From Spirochaetota bacterium (GTDB lineage Bacteria > Spirochaetota > UBA4802 > UBA5550), in contig DAISJZ010000005.1 of the NCBI GenBank assembly GCA_036821145.1, forward strand, positions 1,029-65,028: a stretch of DNA of 64,000 nucleotides, given 5' to 3'. Positions 45,909 through 55,001 of the stretch are shown here, piece after piece; positions within the stretch are counted from its first letter, which is position 1, and every line of letters begins with the position of its first letter. The notes under the pieces are model-generated. The model had not been told where the DNA came from. It ran no database searches and saw only the letters and a list, made by a program, of their open reading frames with translations. Position numbers and translations under genes: made by a program.

Positions 45909-46563
45909 TCACCCCATTTTCCGCAAGGGGCTAAGACAGCTTATCAATGAAGAGAGTGACATGATAGTTTGTGATGAAGCTGAAGACGTATTCAGCGCCA
46001 CTACCAAGCTCAGGGGAATTAAACCTGACATAGCGATTGTTGACATTACACTGAATGATACCAGCGGCCTTGAACTTATAAAGTTCATAAATGACAACAG
46101 GATGAAAATACCGGTGCTTGTTCTCTCCATGCATGATGAAAAAATATTCGCGGAACGTGCTATAAAGTCCGGTGCAAGAGGCTATATTATGAAGCAGGAG
46201 ATGGCAAAACAGGTTGCGGGGGCGGTACGGCATGTGCTTTCCGGAAAGATATACCTCAGTGATACAATGAACGAACGGATGCTGAATTCCTTTTCTGCGA
46301 AAGAAGAGAAACCGGAAGAAATAAGCAACGATAATCCTGCGTCAATTCTTTCAGGGAGAGAGCTTGAGATATACATGCTTCTCGGGAAAGGGTACCAGAG
46401 AAAAGATATTGCCGGGATGCTGAACCTGAATATAAATACAATTGGAACCTACAGAGAAAAAATAAAAGAGAAGATGGCATTTGAATCTTCAAGCGCTCTT
46501 GTTGCCCACGCAATAGCATGGGTCAGGAAGCAGGAGAGCGGCAGCCCGGACGCACAGCTTTAA
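45877..46563 (+). CDS. LuxR/NarL-family response regulator, paralogue 1
   Basis: The REC domain has VFIVDDHPIFRKGL and DIAIVDITLNDTSGLEL. The GerE HTH is LSGRELEIYMLLGKGYQRKDIAGMLNLNINTIGTYREKIKEKM. The start at MKKSQ (45877) is chosen by homology with the two paralogues and overlaps the kinase gene by 32 nt. Confidence 0.9.
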   Translation: MKKSQVFIVDDHPIFRKGLRQLINEESDMIVCDEAEDVFSATTKLRGIKPDIAIVDITLNDTSGLELIKFINDNRMKIPVLVLSMHDEKIFAERAIKSGARGYIMKQEMAKQVAGAVRHVLSGKIYLSDTMNERMLNSFSAKEEKPEEISNDNPASILSGRELEIYMLLGKGYQRKDIAGMLNLNINTIGTYREKIKEKMAFESSSALVAHAIAWVRKQESGSPDAQL

Positions 46564-46603
46564 AAAAATACTCCTCTATTCATCACAGTAAAATCAATTT
46601 ATT

Positions 46604-46660
46604 GACCACAACGTGTAACTAAGTAGGGTTATTGCAGATATCTCCTGAAGATGCTATTAA
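46604..46660 (+). promoter_or_regulatory. candidate promoter with an upstream GACCACA box (acyl-CoA dehydrogenase 1a)
   Basis: GACCACA (46604-46610), 21 nt, TTGCAG (46632-46637), 17 nt, TATTAA (46655-46660). The ATG is at 46696. Confidence 0.5.
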
Positions 46661-46695
46661 TTTGTTATATTATTTATTTCCCAGGAGGAGAGATC

Positions 46696-47859
46696 ATGTT
46701 TGATTTAACAGAAGAACAATTGATGGTCAGAAATATGTGCCGTGAATTCGCTGAGAAGGAGTTAAGAGAACAGGCGGTAGAAATAGACAGAACCCACAGG
46801 TTCCCGCTTGAGACAACAAGAAAGCTCGGTGAGTTAGGTATAATGGGCGTTGTTTATGATGATAAATATGGCGGAGCCGGTATGGACTATGTATCATACG
46901 CTATAGCAGTTGAAGAGATATCAAGGGTCTGCGCATCATCAGGTGTAATAGTTTCAGCTCACAACTCACTCTGCGTTTCACCGATAAATTATTTCGGTAC
47001 AGAGGAGCAGAAGCAGAAGTATCTTCCTAAACTCTGCAAAGGTGAACATATCGGGGCTTTCGGCCTCACAGAACCAAACGCAGGTTCAGATTCAGGCGGA
47101 ACAAAAACAACGGCAGTTCCTGACGGCAAAGGTTTTACTCTCAACGGAAGCAAAAACTTTATTACTAACGGCGAATATGCCGATGTACATGTGACTCTTG
47201 CGGTTACTGATAAAAATGCATCAAAGAATAAAAATACATCTTTCTTTATTATTGAGAAAGGAGATCCGGGTTTCAGCGTAGGGAAAGTTGAGGATAAACT
47301 CGGAATATGCGCTTCATCCACCACTGAAATGATTTATGAAGACTGTAAGATTCCTGAAGGCAGGATGCTCGGCAAACCGGGTGAAGGTTTTAAAATCGCG
47401 ATGCACACACTTGACGGCGGACGTGTAGGTATTGCAGCACAGGCTCTCGGGATCGCCCAGGCTGCACTGGAAGAAGCTGCAAAATATGCCAATATGAGAG
47501 AGCAGTTCGGAGCTCCAATAGGAAAACTACAGGCAATACAGTGGATGATTGCTGATATGGCTACAGAGATTGAAGCATCAAGGCTTCTTGTATATCAGGC
47601 AGCGGCAATTCTTGATAAGAACGGTGCTAACAGAAGGCCTGCAAGTAAATACGCTGCAATGGCAAAACTCTACGCAGCTGAATGCGCACACAGATGTGCT
47701 CATAAATGTATACAGATACATGGCGGTTACGGCTATGTTAAGGATTATATTGCAGAAAGACTTTATAGAGATGCAAGAATTACTGAAATCTATGAAGGGA
47801 CATCAGAAGTACAGAGACTTGTTATTGCTGCTAATGTTCTTTCAGAGTTTGAAGGATAA
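46696..47859 (+). CDS. acyl-CoA dehydrogenase, butyryl-CoA dehydrogenase-like (lineage 1, copy a)
   Basis: MFDLTEEQ... start with RBS AGGAGGAG; the track ORF starts 45 nt upstream at 46651. Motifs: GAFGLTEPNAGSD, KNFITNG, GGRVGIAAQALGIAQ, YEGTSEVQRLVIA. Confidence 0.92.
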   Translation: MFDLTEEQLMVRNMCREFAEKELREQAVEIDRTHRFPLETTRKLGELGIMGVVYDDKYGGAGMDYVSYAIAVEEISRVCASSGVIVSAHNSLCVSPINYFGTEEQKQKYLPKLCKGEHIGAFGLTEPNAGSDSGGTKTTAVPDGKGFTLNGSKNFITNGEYADVHVTLAVTDKNASKNKNTSFFIIEKGDPGFSVGKVEDKLGICASSTTEMIYEDCKIPEGRMLGKPGEGFKIAMHTLDGGRVGIAAQALGIAQAALEEAAKYANMREQFGAPIGKLQAIQWMIADMATEIEASRLLVYQAAAILDKNGANRRPASKYAAMAKLYAAECAHRCAHKCIQIHGGYGYVKDYIAERLYRDARITEIYEGTSEVQRLVIAANVLSEFEG

Positions 47860-47899
47860 TTCATCATCAGCTTTAACTCAATCATAGGGGGATTGAATT

Positions 47900-49186
47900 A
47901 TGAAAGAAGTGGTTATAGTAAGCGGTTCAAGGACATCAGTCGGAGCTTTCGGTGGCAGTCTGAAAGATGTATCAGCAATAGAGATGGGTTCTCTTGTAAT
48001 GAGAGAAGTATTCAGAAAAATTAATCTTAAACCTGTTGTTTCAGGAGAGCAGATTAGTATCTCACCTGATAAGCTTAAACACGCGGGCCAGCTTGAGCTG
48101 GAGAAAAAGGGATATAAATATGAAGCCGGGGCAAAAGAGATAACAGTAGATGAGACAGTAATGGGCTGTGTTCTCCAGGCGGCACAGGGGCAGAATCCCG
48201 GACGCCAGGCGGCAATCCACGCGGGTATTCCGAAAGAGGCGGCAGGCTGTTCAATAAACATAGTATGCGGTTCAGGACTGAAGGCAATAGCAATGGCAGC
48301 ACAATCAATTATGACAGGTCAGGCTGATGTAGTTGTTGCAGGCGGTATGGAGAGCATGAGTAACGCTCCTCTTGCTCTTAAAAAGGCAAGGTGGGGACAC
48401 AGGATGGAGCTCACCGGAACAGGCGATATCCACGACCTCATGGTTTATGACGGCCTTTATGAAATATTCAACGGATACCATATGGGTATAACAGCGGAGA
48501 ATATAGCAGAACTGTACGGTATAAGCAGGGAGGAGCAGGATAAGCTCGGTCTGATGTCACACCAGAGGGCTATGAATGCGATCAAAACAGGTCTCTTCAA
48601 GGATGAGATTGTGCCGGTAGTTATTTCATCAAGGAAAGGTGATATAATTGTAGATACAGATGAAAGGCCTATGGAGACAACACTTGAAAAGATGGCATCC
48701 ATGAAGCCTGCATTTAAAAAGGACGGAACAGTTACAGCGGGAAACGCTTCAGGAATAAATGACGGAGCAGCAGCGGTTCTCATGATGAGCGCTGACAAGG
48801 CAAAAGAGATGGGACTTGAGCCTATAGTAAAAATAAAATCTTTTGCCACAGGGGGAGTTGATCCCGCATACATGGGACTCGGCCCTGTACCTGCTGTGAG
48901 GAAAGCTTTAAAGCTCGCAGGTATGACAATAAAGGATCTGGATATGGTAGAGATTAACGAGGCATTCGCGTCCCAGGCAATAGGGTGTTTCAGGGAACTC
49001 GGTCTTGACAACGAATTTCCCAACCAGCTTGGAAGCGGGATTTCTCTTGGCCACCCGATTGGATGTACTGGCGCGAGGATGGCAGTAACAACAATGTACC
49101 AGATGAAGAGAAAGAATTTCTCAACCGGTATCGTCTCCATGTGTATAGGCGGCGGTATGGGTATGGCTATGATATTCGAAAGGTAG
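47900..49186 (+). CDS. acetyl-CoA C-acetyltransferase (thiolase II) with the same ~36-aa insertion, copy 2
   Basis: 428 aa, nearly identical to 41634..42920, including long runs of identical nucleotides. Confidence 0.92.
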   Translation: MKEVVIVSGSRTSVGAFGGSLKDVSAIEMGSLVMREVFRKINLKPVVSGEQISISPDKLKHAGQLELEKKGYKYEAGAKEITVDETVMGCVLQAAQGQNPGRQAAIHAGIPKEAAGCSINIVCGSGLKAIAMAAQSIMTGQADVVVAGGMESMSNAPLALKKARWGHRMELTGTGDIHDLMVYDGLYEIFNGYHMGITAENIAELYGISREEQDKLGLMSHQRAMNAIKTGLFKDEIVPVVISSRKGDIIVDTDERPMETTLEKMASMKPAFKKDGTVTAGNASGINDGAAAVLMMSADKAKEMGLEPIVKIKSFATGGVDPAYMGLGPVPAVRKALKLAGMTIKDLDMVEINEAFASQAIGCFRELGLDNEFPNQLGSGISLGHPIGCTGARMAVTTMYQMKRKNFSTGIVSMCIGGGMGMAMIFER

Positions 49187-49248
49187 AAACTGATGACAGT
49201 ATAAATATTTTTATCAGGATTCAAATTTCATTTTTGTAATAATTTAAA

Positions 49249-49287
49249 GTCTCTATCATGATTAATTATGGCAGAGACTTTTTTTTA
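49249..49287 (+). terminator. rho-independent terminator after thiolase copy 2
   Basis: AGTCTCT...AGAGACT stem with additional inner pairing, followed by eight T. Confidence 0.7.
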
Positions 49288-49388
49288 TTGTTTTTAATAA
49301 TTCAGAGGGAAGCATTAAATAGCGCGTTGAAAAAGGGATTGACAGTATGGTCGGTTAAGATGGATCAATAAGTAAACCGGATACAGTT

Positions 49389-51194
49389 ATGAATAAAAAA
49401 TTTTTTAAAGAAAAAGATTTGATTACCCAGTCCGGGCTTGCAGCTCTGGTTCTTGATGATGATTTGAAAATTATTGAATTTAATGATGAACTGATTAATA
49501 TAACAGGTTTTTCAAGTGAGAAAATAAAAAATAAAAAATGGTACGACCTTATTAATTATGATTACCCCTTTACTCCTATAGACTCTATTCCTGATGTAAC
49601 TGAATGTGCCGCACCGCCCTCCGGGAAGTTCTGGTGCTCAATTAAAGATAAAATTCCGAAAAAACTTATCTCCGCAACTATTTCCTACGATCCAGAAAAG
49701 TCAATTTATTTCGCAACACTCTATGATATATCTGAGCAGGTTACACCTCAGCGGCTTGTTAATGATGGCGGGCTTCTTATCGGATCAATTGCAGACCACC
49801 TAAAAGGGGCAATGGCATTTCATGACAGCCGGGGAATTGTAAGATTTGCCTCCTCCGAAACATGCAGAATTGTCGGCTCAGGAAAAAAAGATATCATCGG
49901 GCACCATATAAATGAATTTTTTGACGAGAAGCTTGTTAATAAGTGGCTGATCCTTATGAATGAGAAGGCTGAAAGCGTTCCTCTGTATCTTGAGTTTATC
50001 AGTACAAGAAAGAAAGATAAAGTTTTTCATGTTATTGCAACACCCCGTCTGTTTTTTGATTACAACAGAAAAGTAATAGGTTGCATGTTTATCTTTACTG
50101 ATATAACAGAACTTAAAATGAATGAAGAGAGACTTCGGCTTTCTGATGAAAAATACTCAAAGGCGTTCCAGGCAAGTCCCGCTCCCAGTTCAATAACAAC
50201 ACTGGCTGAGGGCCGTTATATTGATGTTAATGAAAGCTATTGTGCATTTGTGGGTTACTCGAAAGAGGAACTTATCGGCAGAACATCAACTGATATCAAT
50301 TTTTTTAAATACAGGGATGACAGGAAAAGATTTGTTGCTGAGCTTGAATCAAAAGGTAAACTTCGTGATTATGAAACCCATGTTAATTCAAGGGTAAAGG
50401 GTTTGCGGACATTCTCACTCTCCGCCGAGCTGATCGAACTTCAGGGTGAGAAGTGTATCATCTGGGTCGGATATGATGTCACTGATGAGATAAGGCTTGA
50501 AAAAGAAGTCCTTGAGGCAACTGGAAGAGAGCGATACAACATCGGCCAGTATCTCCATGACGATCTGGGGCAGCACCTTGTGGGGGTGGAGGCAATGTGC
50601 TCTCTGCTGGAAAACCGGCTTAAAACTTCAGGGAATCCTGAGATTAAGCTTGCAGGGGAAATTCATGAATATATGAAAGAGGCCCTTGAAAAAACAAGGG
50701 GTGCAGCAAGGGGGCTTTGTCCTGTATCCCTTGAAGAGAACGGATTCAGTTTTGCAATCAGGGATCTGGCGTTACGGACAGAAAAAATGTTCGGTATAAA
50801 TTGTATTTTTCATAATTTTAATTTATTCGAAATAATTTACAACAGCCAGATAGCTATAAATATGTTTTACATTGTGCAGGAGGCTGTGAATAATGCAGTT
50901 AAACATGGCTCATGCAGTGAAATAATAATAACTTATTTTTCAAACGAGGATAACCTTTATATCTCTGTAGAGGATAACGGGAAAGGTTTTGATCCGAAGG
51001 AAATTGCTTCAAACGGCATGGGGCAGAGCCTGATGAAATACAGAGCCAGGGCAATCGGCGGAAGCCTTGAAGTTAATAGTGAACCGGGAAATGGTACTTA
51101 TATTCTTCTGACGTTCCCGAGAATTAATAATAAACAGACCGAATGGGACTGGAAACAGGTGAGCTATGAGGAAATCACAGATATTCATCGTTGA
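49389..51194 (+). CDS. soluble multi-PAS sensor histidine kinase (HisKA_3 type), paralogue 2
   Basis: Collinear with 44094..45908. Shared blocks are DEKYSKAFQASPAPSSITTL, KLRDYETH, RTFSLSAELIELQGEKCII, GQYLHDDLGQHLVG, YNSQIAINMFYIVQEAVNNAVKHG and KYRARAIGGS. Confidence 0.9.
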   Translation: MNKKFFKEKDLITQSGLAALVLDDDLKIIEFNDELINITGFSSEKIKNKKWYDLINYDYPFTPIDSIPDVTECAAPPSGKFWCSIKDKIPKKLISATISYDPEKSIYFATLYDISEQVTPQRLVNDGGLLIGSIADHLKGAMAFHDSRGIVRFASSETCRIVGSGKKDIIGHHINEFFDEKLVNKWLILMNEKAESVPLYLEFISTRKKDKVFHVIATPRLFFDYNRKVIGCMFIFTDITELKMNEERLRLSDEKYSKAFQASPAPSSITTLAEGRYIDVNESYCAFVGYSKEELIGRTSTDINFFKYRDDRKRFVAELESKGKLRDYETHVNSRVKGLRTFSLSAELIELQGEKCIIWVGYDVTDEIRLEKEVLEATGRERYNIGQYLHDDLGQHLVGVEAMCSLLENRLKTSGNPEIKLAGEIHEYMKEALEKTRGAARGLCPVSLEENGFSFAIRDLALRTEKMFGINCIFHNFNLFEIIYNSQIAINMFYIVQEAVNNAVKHGSCSEIIITYFSNEDNLYISVEDNGKGFDPKEIASNGMGQSLMKYRARAIGGSLEVNSEPGNGTYILLTFPRINNKQTEWDWKQVSYEEITDIHR

Positions 51195-51846
51195 GGATCA
51201 CCCTATCTTCAGAAAGGGGCTGATACAGCTTATTAATGAAGAGCCGGATATGGAGGTGTGCGGTGAAGCGGAGGATGTGTTCTCTGCTACAAAAAAGGTC
51301 AGGCAGCTCAATCCTGAGCTTGTAATTGCTGACATTACACTTAAAGATACCAGCGGACTGGAGCTGGTAAAATTTATTAATGACAACAATCTTAACATAC
51401 CTGTACTTGTTCTTTCAATGCATGATGAAAAGATATTCGCAGAGCGTGCGCTAAAGTCCGGGGCAAAGGGTTATATAATGAAGCAGGAGATGTCGGGTAA
51501 CGTAACTGCCGCAATCAGGCATGTTCTTGCAGGGAAGATATATGTAAGTGACGCCATTAATGACAGGATACTCAGCTCTTTAACCGGCCGTGCTGTTGAG
51601 GGTACTCCTCTTGAACTTGAAAAGGACCCTGCGGCAGTACTGACTGACAGGGAACTTGAGATATTCAGGATGATGGGTAAAGGCTACAGAAGAAACGAGA
51701 TAGGAAAAGCGCTGAATCTTAATGTGAATACAATAGGCACATACAGGGAGAGGATCAAAGAGAAACTTAATCTATCTTCATCCAATGAGCTCATGGCCAG
51801 AGCGATACTCTGGGTGCAGAAAGTTGAGGAGCAGGAGATCAAATAA
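51166..51846 (+). CDS. LuxR/NarL-family response regulator, paralogue 2
   Basis: Blocks IFIVEDHPIFRKGL, PVLVLSMHDEKIFAERALKSGAKGYIMKQEM and LNLNVNTIGTYRERIKEKL. It overlaps the kinase gene by 29 nt. Confidence 0.9.
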   Translation: MRKSQIFIVEDHPIFRKGLIQLINEEPDMEVCGEAEDVFSATKKVRQLNPELVIADITLKDTSGLELVKFINDNNLNIPVLVLSMHDEKIFAERALKSGAKGYIMKQEMSGNVTAAIRHVLAGKIYVSDAINDRILSSLTGRAVEGTPLELEKDPAAVLTDRELEIFRMMGKGYRRNEIGKALNLNVNTIGTYRERIKEKLNLSSSNELMARAILWVQKVEEQEIK

Positions 51847-51891
51847 AGGCTTTAATATAAATAAGACAAATAAAAAGGGGAAATAGCAGAA

Positions 51892-53241
51892 ATGAGTAAT
51901 ATCTGGCAAGATCAGTACAGAGAGAAACTCCGGAGCGCTGATGAAGCTGCTCTCTGTGTAAAATCCGGAGATGTAATTTTCATGGGTGAGTTCATACAGG
52001 TTGTCGAAGCAATGGATGAGGCACTTGCGAAAAGAAAAGAAGAGCTTAAGGATGTCATAATAGTAACAACAACAAGGACAAGACCTCTGAAGTGCGTTGA
52101 GGCTGATCCGAAAAGAGAGGTCTTTACCTGGGATGACTGGCATTTTTCAGGCGTTGCCAGAAAATTTTCAGAGCAGGGGCTTGCCAGTTATATTCCTTTT
52201 ACCTATCATCAGGCTCCGCGGGTTGTCGCAAAATATAACAAAGTGGATGTGGTCTTTATCCGTGTTGCGCCTATGGATGAAAAAGGATTTTTTAACTTCT
52301 CAACTTCTAATTCAATAGGTTACGCATACTGCAAAAAAGCTGCAAAAGTTATTGTTGAAGTTAATAACAACAATCCAAGGTGTCTTGGTGGAGCGTCAGA
52401 GGCTATACATATATCAGAAGTTGATATGATTGTTCAGGGCCCGGACAACCCGCTTATTGAACTCCCTGCTGTTACACCGGGGGATGCGGATCTCGGCATA
52501 GCGGGTCATGTGATGAGTCTTATTGAAGATGGAGCTACATTGCAGCTGGGTATAGGTGGTCTCCCCAATGTTGTAGGCAGCATGATCGCAAAGAGTGATT
52601 TGAAGGATATAGGTGTTCATACCGAGATGCTTGCTGATTCATATGTTGACATGTACGAGTCCGGCAGAATTACCGGCAGAAGAAAGATGATCGATAAAGG
52701 TAAGATGGTTTATACTTTTGCTATGGGTTCAAAAAAACTTTATGATTTTCTTGATAACAACCCCGTGTGTGCCATATACCCCGTCAGTTATACCAATGAT
52801 CCCCGGATCATAGGTCTTAACGACAAGGTGGTAGCAATTAATAATGCGCTTGAAGTCGATCTCTTCTCACAGGTAGCCTCTGAGTCCAGTGCTGCGCGGC
52901 AGATTTCAGGAACCGGGGGGCAGCTTGATTTTATGATGGGTGCTTTCAACTCACGCGGCGGGAAAGGCCTTATCTGTATAAGTTCCACTTTTAAAGATAA
53001 GAAAGGAGAACTTCATTCAAGAATTGTACCAACTCTTACTCCGGGAACGATTGTGACATGCCCCAGGTCAATTACACATTACGTGGTGACTGAATTCGGC
53101 GCGGCACAGATGAAAGGGAAATCCACATGGCAGAGAGCAGAGGCTCTTATTGAGATTGCCCACCCGGATTTCAGGGAAGAACTTATTAAACAGGCTGCTG
53201 AACTGAATATATGGCGAAGAAGCAATAAACTTGTTGTTTAG
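51892..53241 (+). CDS. acetyl-CoA hydrolase/transferase-family CoA-transferase (butyryl-CoA:acetate-type), copy 1
   Basis: 449 aa. Family blocks are LQLGIGGLPNVVG, GVHTEMLADS, NNALEVDLFSQV, GTGGQLDF and VVTEFGAAQMKGKS. It starts 45 nt after the response-regulator stop with no intervening terminator. Confidence 0.85.
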   Translation: MSNIWQDQYREKLRSADEAALCVKSGDVIFMGEFIQVVEAMDEALAKRKEELKDVIIVTTTRTRPLKCVEADPKREVFTWDDWHFSGVARKFSEQGLASYIPFTYHQAPRVVAKYNKVDVVFIRVAPMDEKGFFNFSTSNSIGYAYCKKAAKVIVEVNNNNPRCLGGASEAIHISEVDMIVQGPDNPLIELPAVTPGDADLGIAGHVMSLIEDGATLQLGIGGLPNVVGSMIAKSDLKDIGVHTEMLADSYVDMYESGRITGRRKMIDKGKMVYTFAMGSKKLYDFLDNNPVCAIYPVSYTNDPRIIGLNDKVVAINNALEVDLFSQVASESSAARQISGTGGQLDFMMGAFNSRGGKGLICISSTFKDKKGELHSRIVPTLTPGTIVTCPRSITHYVVTEFGAAQMKGKSTWQRAEALIEIAHPDFREELIKQAAELNIWRRSNKLVV

Positions 53242-53271
53242 TTTATATTTTAATATTATGTCGCATAAAAA

Positions 53272-53294
53272 AAGGCCGCTCATTGAGCGGCCTT
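53272..53294 (+). terminator. stem-loop after CoA-transferase copy 1
   Basis: AAGGCCGCTC-ATTG-AGCGGCCTT, flanked by an A-run upstream and by T-containing sequence downstream. Confidence 0.6.
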
Positions 53295-53408
53295 AAGTTT
53301 ATCAACAGAATTCCCCAGAAGGTTTCCAGGTTATTCTTATTATTAATATAATTAAAATTCGGTAAAATAGTGTTTTTTTATGGCAGATACTGGTGAAAAA
53401 AATGAATT

Positions 53409-53433
53409 AAAACCCTGCATAACGCAGGGTTTT
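53409..53433 (-). terminator. rho-independent terminator of the minus-strand acyl-CoA dehydrogenase
   Basis: CCCTGC-ATAAC-GCAGGG stem. On the minus strand it is followed by TTTTAATTCATTTTTTT. It lies 10 nt past the stop of 53443..54645. Confidence 0.7.
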
Positions 53434-53442
53434 AAATTTATG

Positions 53443-54645
53443 TTATGAAAAAGTATAAGTATACTTACCTTCTGTTGTGAGATATTTCCCGATAACCATC
53501 CGTTGAACCTGAACAGTACCTTCAAAGATCTGCATTATTTTCGCATCTCTCATGAATTTTTCTACCGGGTATTCCTTCACATATCCGTATCCGCCGAAGA
53601 TCTGAACTGCATCCAGTGAGGATTTCATTGCTGTATCCGCGGCATACATCTTAGCCATATTTGAGAGCATTTTGAACGGGAGGTTATTATCCTGGCACCA
53701 GGCGGCTTTCTGGTACAAAAGCCTCGAGCATTCAGTTTGTGTGGCCATGTCAGCAAGCATAAACTGTATTGCCTGGAAAGCGGATATCGGTTTTCCGAAC
53801 TGTTTTCTTTCATTCGCATAAGCAATTGATGCATTCAGCGCACCGGTTGCGATACCTGTTGCCATAGCAGCTACGGCAGTACGCGAATAATCAAGGGTTT
53901 CCATGAGCATCGGTGTTCCTTTTCCTTCTCCAGCGAGACACATCCATCCGGGAACACGTACATCTTCAAAAATAACCTCGGTTGTACTTGATGACCTTAT
54001 TCCGAGTTTCTCTTCTTTCTTGCCGATTTTAACTCCGGGGAAATCTTTATCCACCATGAAGCAGCAGATTCCCTTGTTCCCCATAGCTCTGTCCATGGTT
54101 GCAAATACGGTAAACTGCTTTGCGAATCCGCCGTTTGTTATAAACTGTTTGGTTCCGCTGATGATCCAGTCGTTGCCGTCTTTTGTGCATTTTGTTGACA
54201 TGCCGAGAGCATCAGATCCCGCGCCCGGTTCTGTTAAGCAGAACCCGCACATTGCCCCTTCAAGCATTCTTCCGAACCACCATTTTTTCTGTTCGTCATT
54301 GGCACCTACCATTACCGGGTCTGTTGCAAGGAGAGATGATGCCACAACAGTTGTTGCTATACCTGCGTCTCTCTGTGCAAGCTCGTCACATATAGTGTAC
54401 CTTGTGAGGTTGTCAAGGCCCTGGCCGCCGTATTCAGCTGGTACACCTATGTTGGTGAGACCCAGTTCGTGCAATTTGGCCAGGACATCCATTGGGACGT
54501 GATCTTTAATATCCCATTCTCCCGCAAATGGTTTGATCTCCTTGTCGGCAAATTCAGCTGTCATCTGCCTGATCATCTCCTGCTCTTCTGTAAGCCTGAA
54601 AGATATTGTGTTTTCCATTGTCACATCCATTGAAATTGAATTCAT
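53443..54645 (-). CDS. acyl-CoA dehydrogenase (lineage 2, copy a)
   Basis: 400 aa. Motifs: LTEEQEMIRQMTAEFADKEI, GFCLTEPGAGSD, KQFITNGG, YANERKQFGKPI, FEGTVQVQRMVIG. Confidence 0.9.
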   Translation of the reverse strand: MNSISMDVTMENTISFRLTEEQEMIRQMTAEFADKEIKPFAGEWDIKDHVPMDVLAKLHELGLTNIGVPAEYGGQGLDNLTRYTICDELAQRDAGIATTVVASSLLATDPVMVGANDEQKKWWFGRMLEGAMCGFCLTEPGAGSDALGMSTKCTKDGNDWIISGTKQFITNGGFAKQFTVFATMDRAMGNKGICCFMVDKDFPGVKIGKKEEKLGIRSSSTTEVIFEDVRVPGWMCLAGEGKGTPMLMETLDYSRTAVAAMATGIATGALNASIAYANERKQFGKPISAFQAIQFMLADMATQTECSRLLYQKAAWCQDNNLPFKMLSNMAKMYAADTAMKSSLDAVQIFGGYGYVKEYPVEKFMRDAKIMQIFEGTVQVQRMVIGKYLTTEGKYTYTFS

Positions 54646-54894
54646 TTTTTGACCGCCGATGTTGTAAATCCGTCCGGTCAGAGTTTAAATCAGGGTATAT
54701 CTGTTTCCTTTTTCCTCTGAAAAGAAGGCTGCTGCTGAATTATTTGACCAGCCGGTCAAAAATGCAACAATGCGCCATTTTATTTTTAATCATATTGATG
54801 GTAATTTACAGAAAATCCGGTTTTTGGGAAGAGTAGAATTAACCTCACGGGTAGTTGATTTTATTTATTCATACTACATGAAAATAATTAATTC

Positions 54895-54951
54895 GACCAC
54901 AGGATAATAGATTATCAGACTATTGAAGTATAGTGAATTTCAGTGTAGATA
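54895..54951 (+). promoter_or_regulatory. candidate promoter with an upstream GACCACA box (acyl-CoA dehydrogenase 1b)
   Basis: GACCACA (54895-54901), 21 nt, TTGAAG (54923-54928), 17 nt, TAGATA (54946-54951). The ATG is at 55002. Confidence 0.4.
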
Positions 54952-55001
54952 ATTAACAGGGGCTGAAACAGTCCTATTCAGGGGGAAATAGGAGGAGAAG
55001 T

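Larger units (their letters stand above)
49389..54645. repeat. diverged segmental duplication unit A (kinase - regulator - CoA-transferase - reverse acyl-CoA dehydrogenase)
   Basis: It has the same gene order, orientations and overlaps as 56317..61579. Every protein has a clearly alignable partner in unit B. Confidence 0.7.

Noticed and set aside
48457-49224. 255-aa minus-strand ORF inside thiolase copy 2. Similar shadows lie at 42248..42745, 53903..54502, 60855..61442, 58222..58662, 18064..18522 and 24466..24885.
   Set aside because: All are antisense to genes with unambiguous family motifs. The shadows recur in the paralogous copies simply because the sense sequence is conserved.
54606-54836. 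76-aa plus-strand ORF in the divergent dehydrogenase intergenic region
   Set aside because: It starts inside the 5' end of the minus-strand dehydrogenase gene. It has no RBS, and it spans sequence that looks regulatory (palindromes). I treat it as non-coding.
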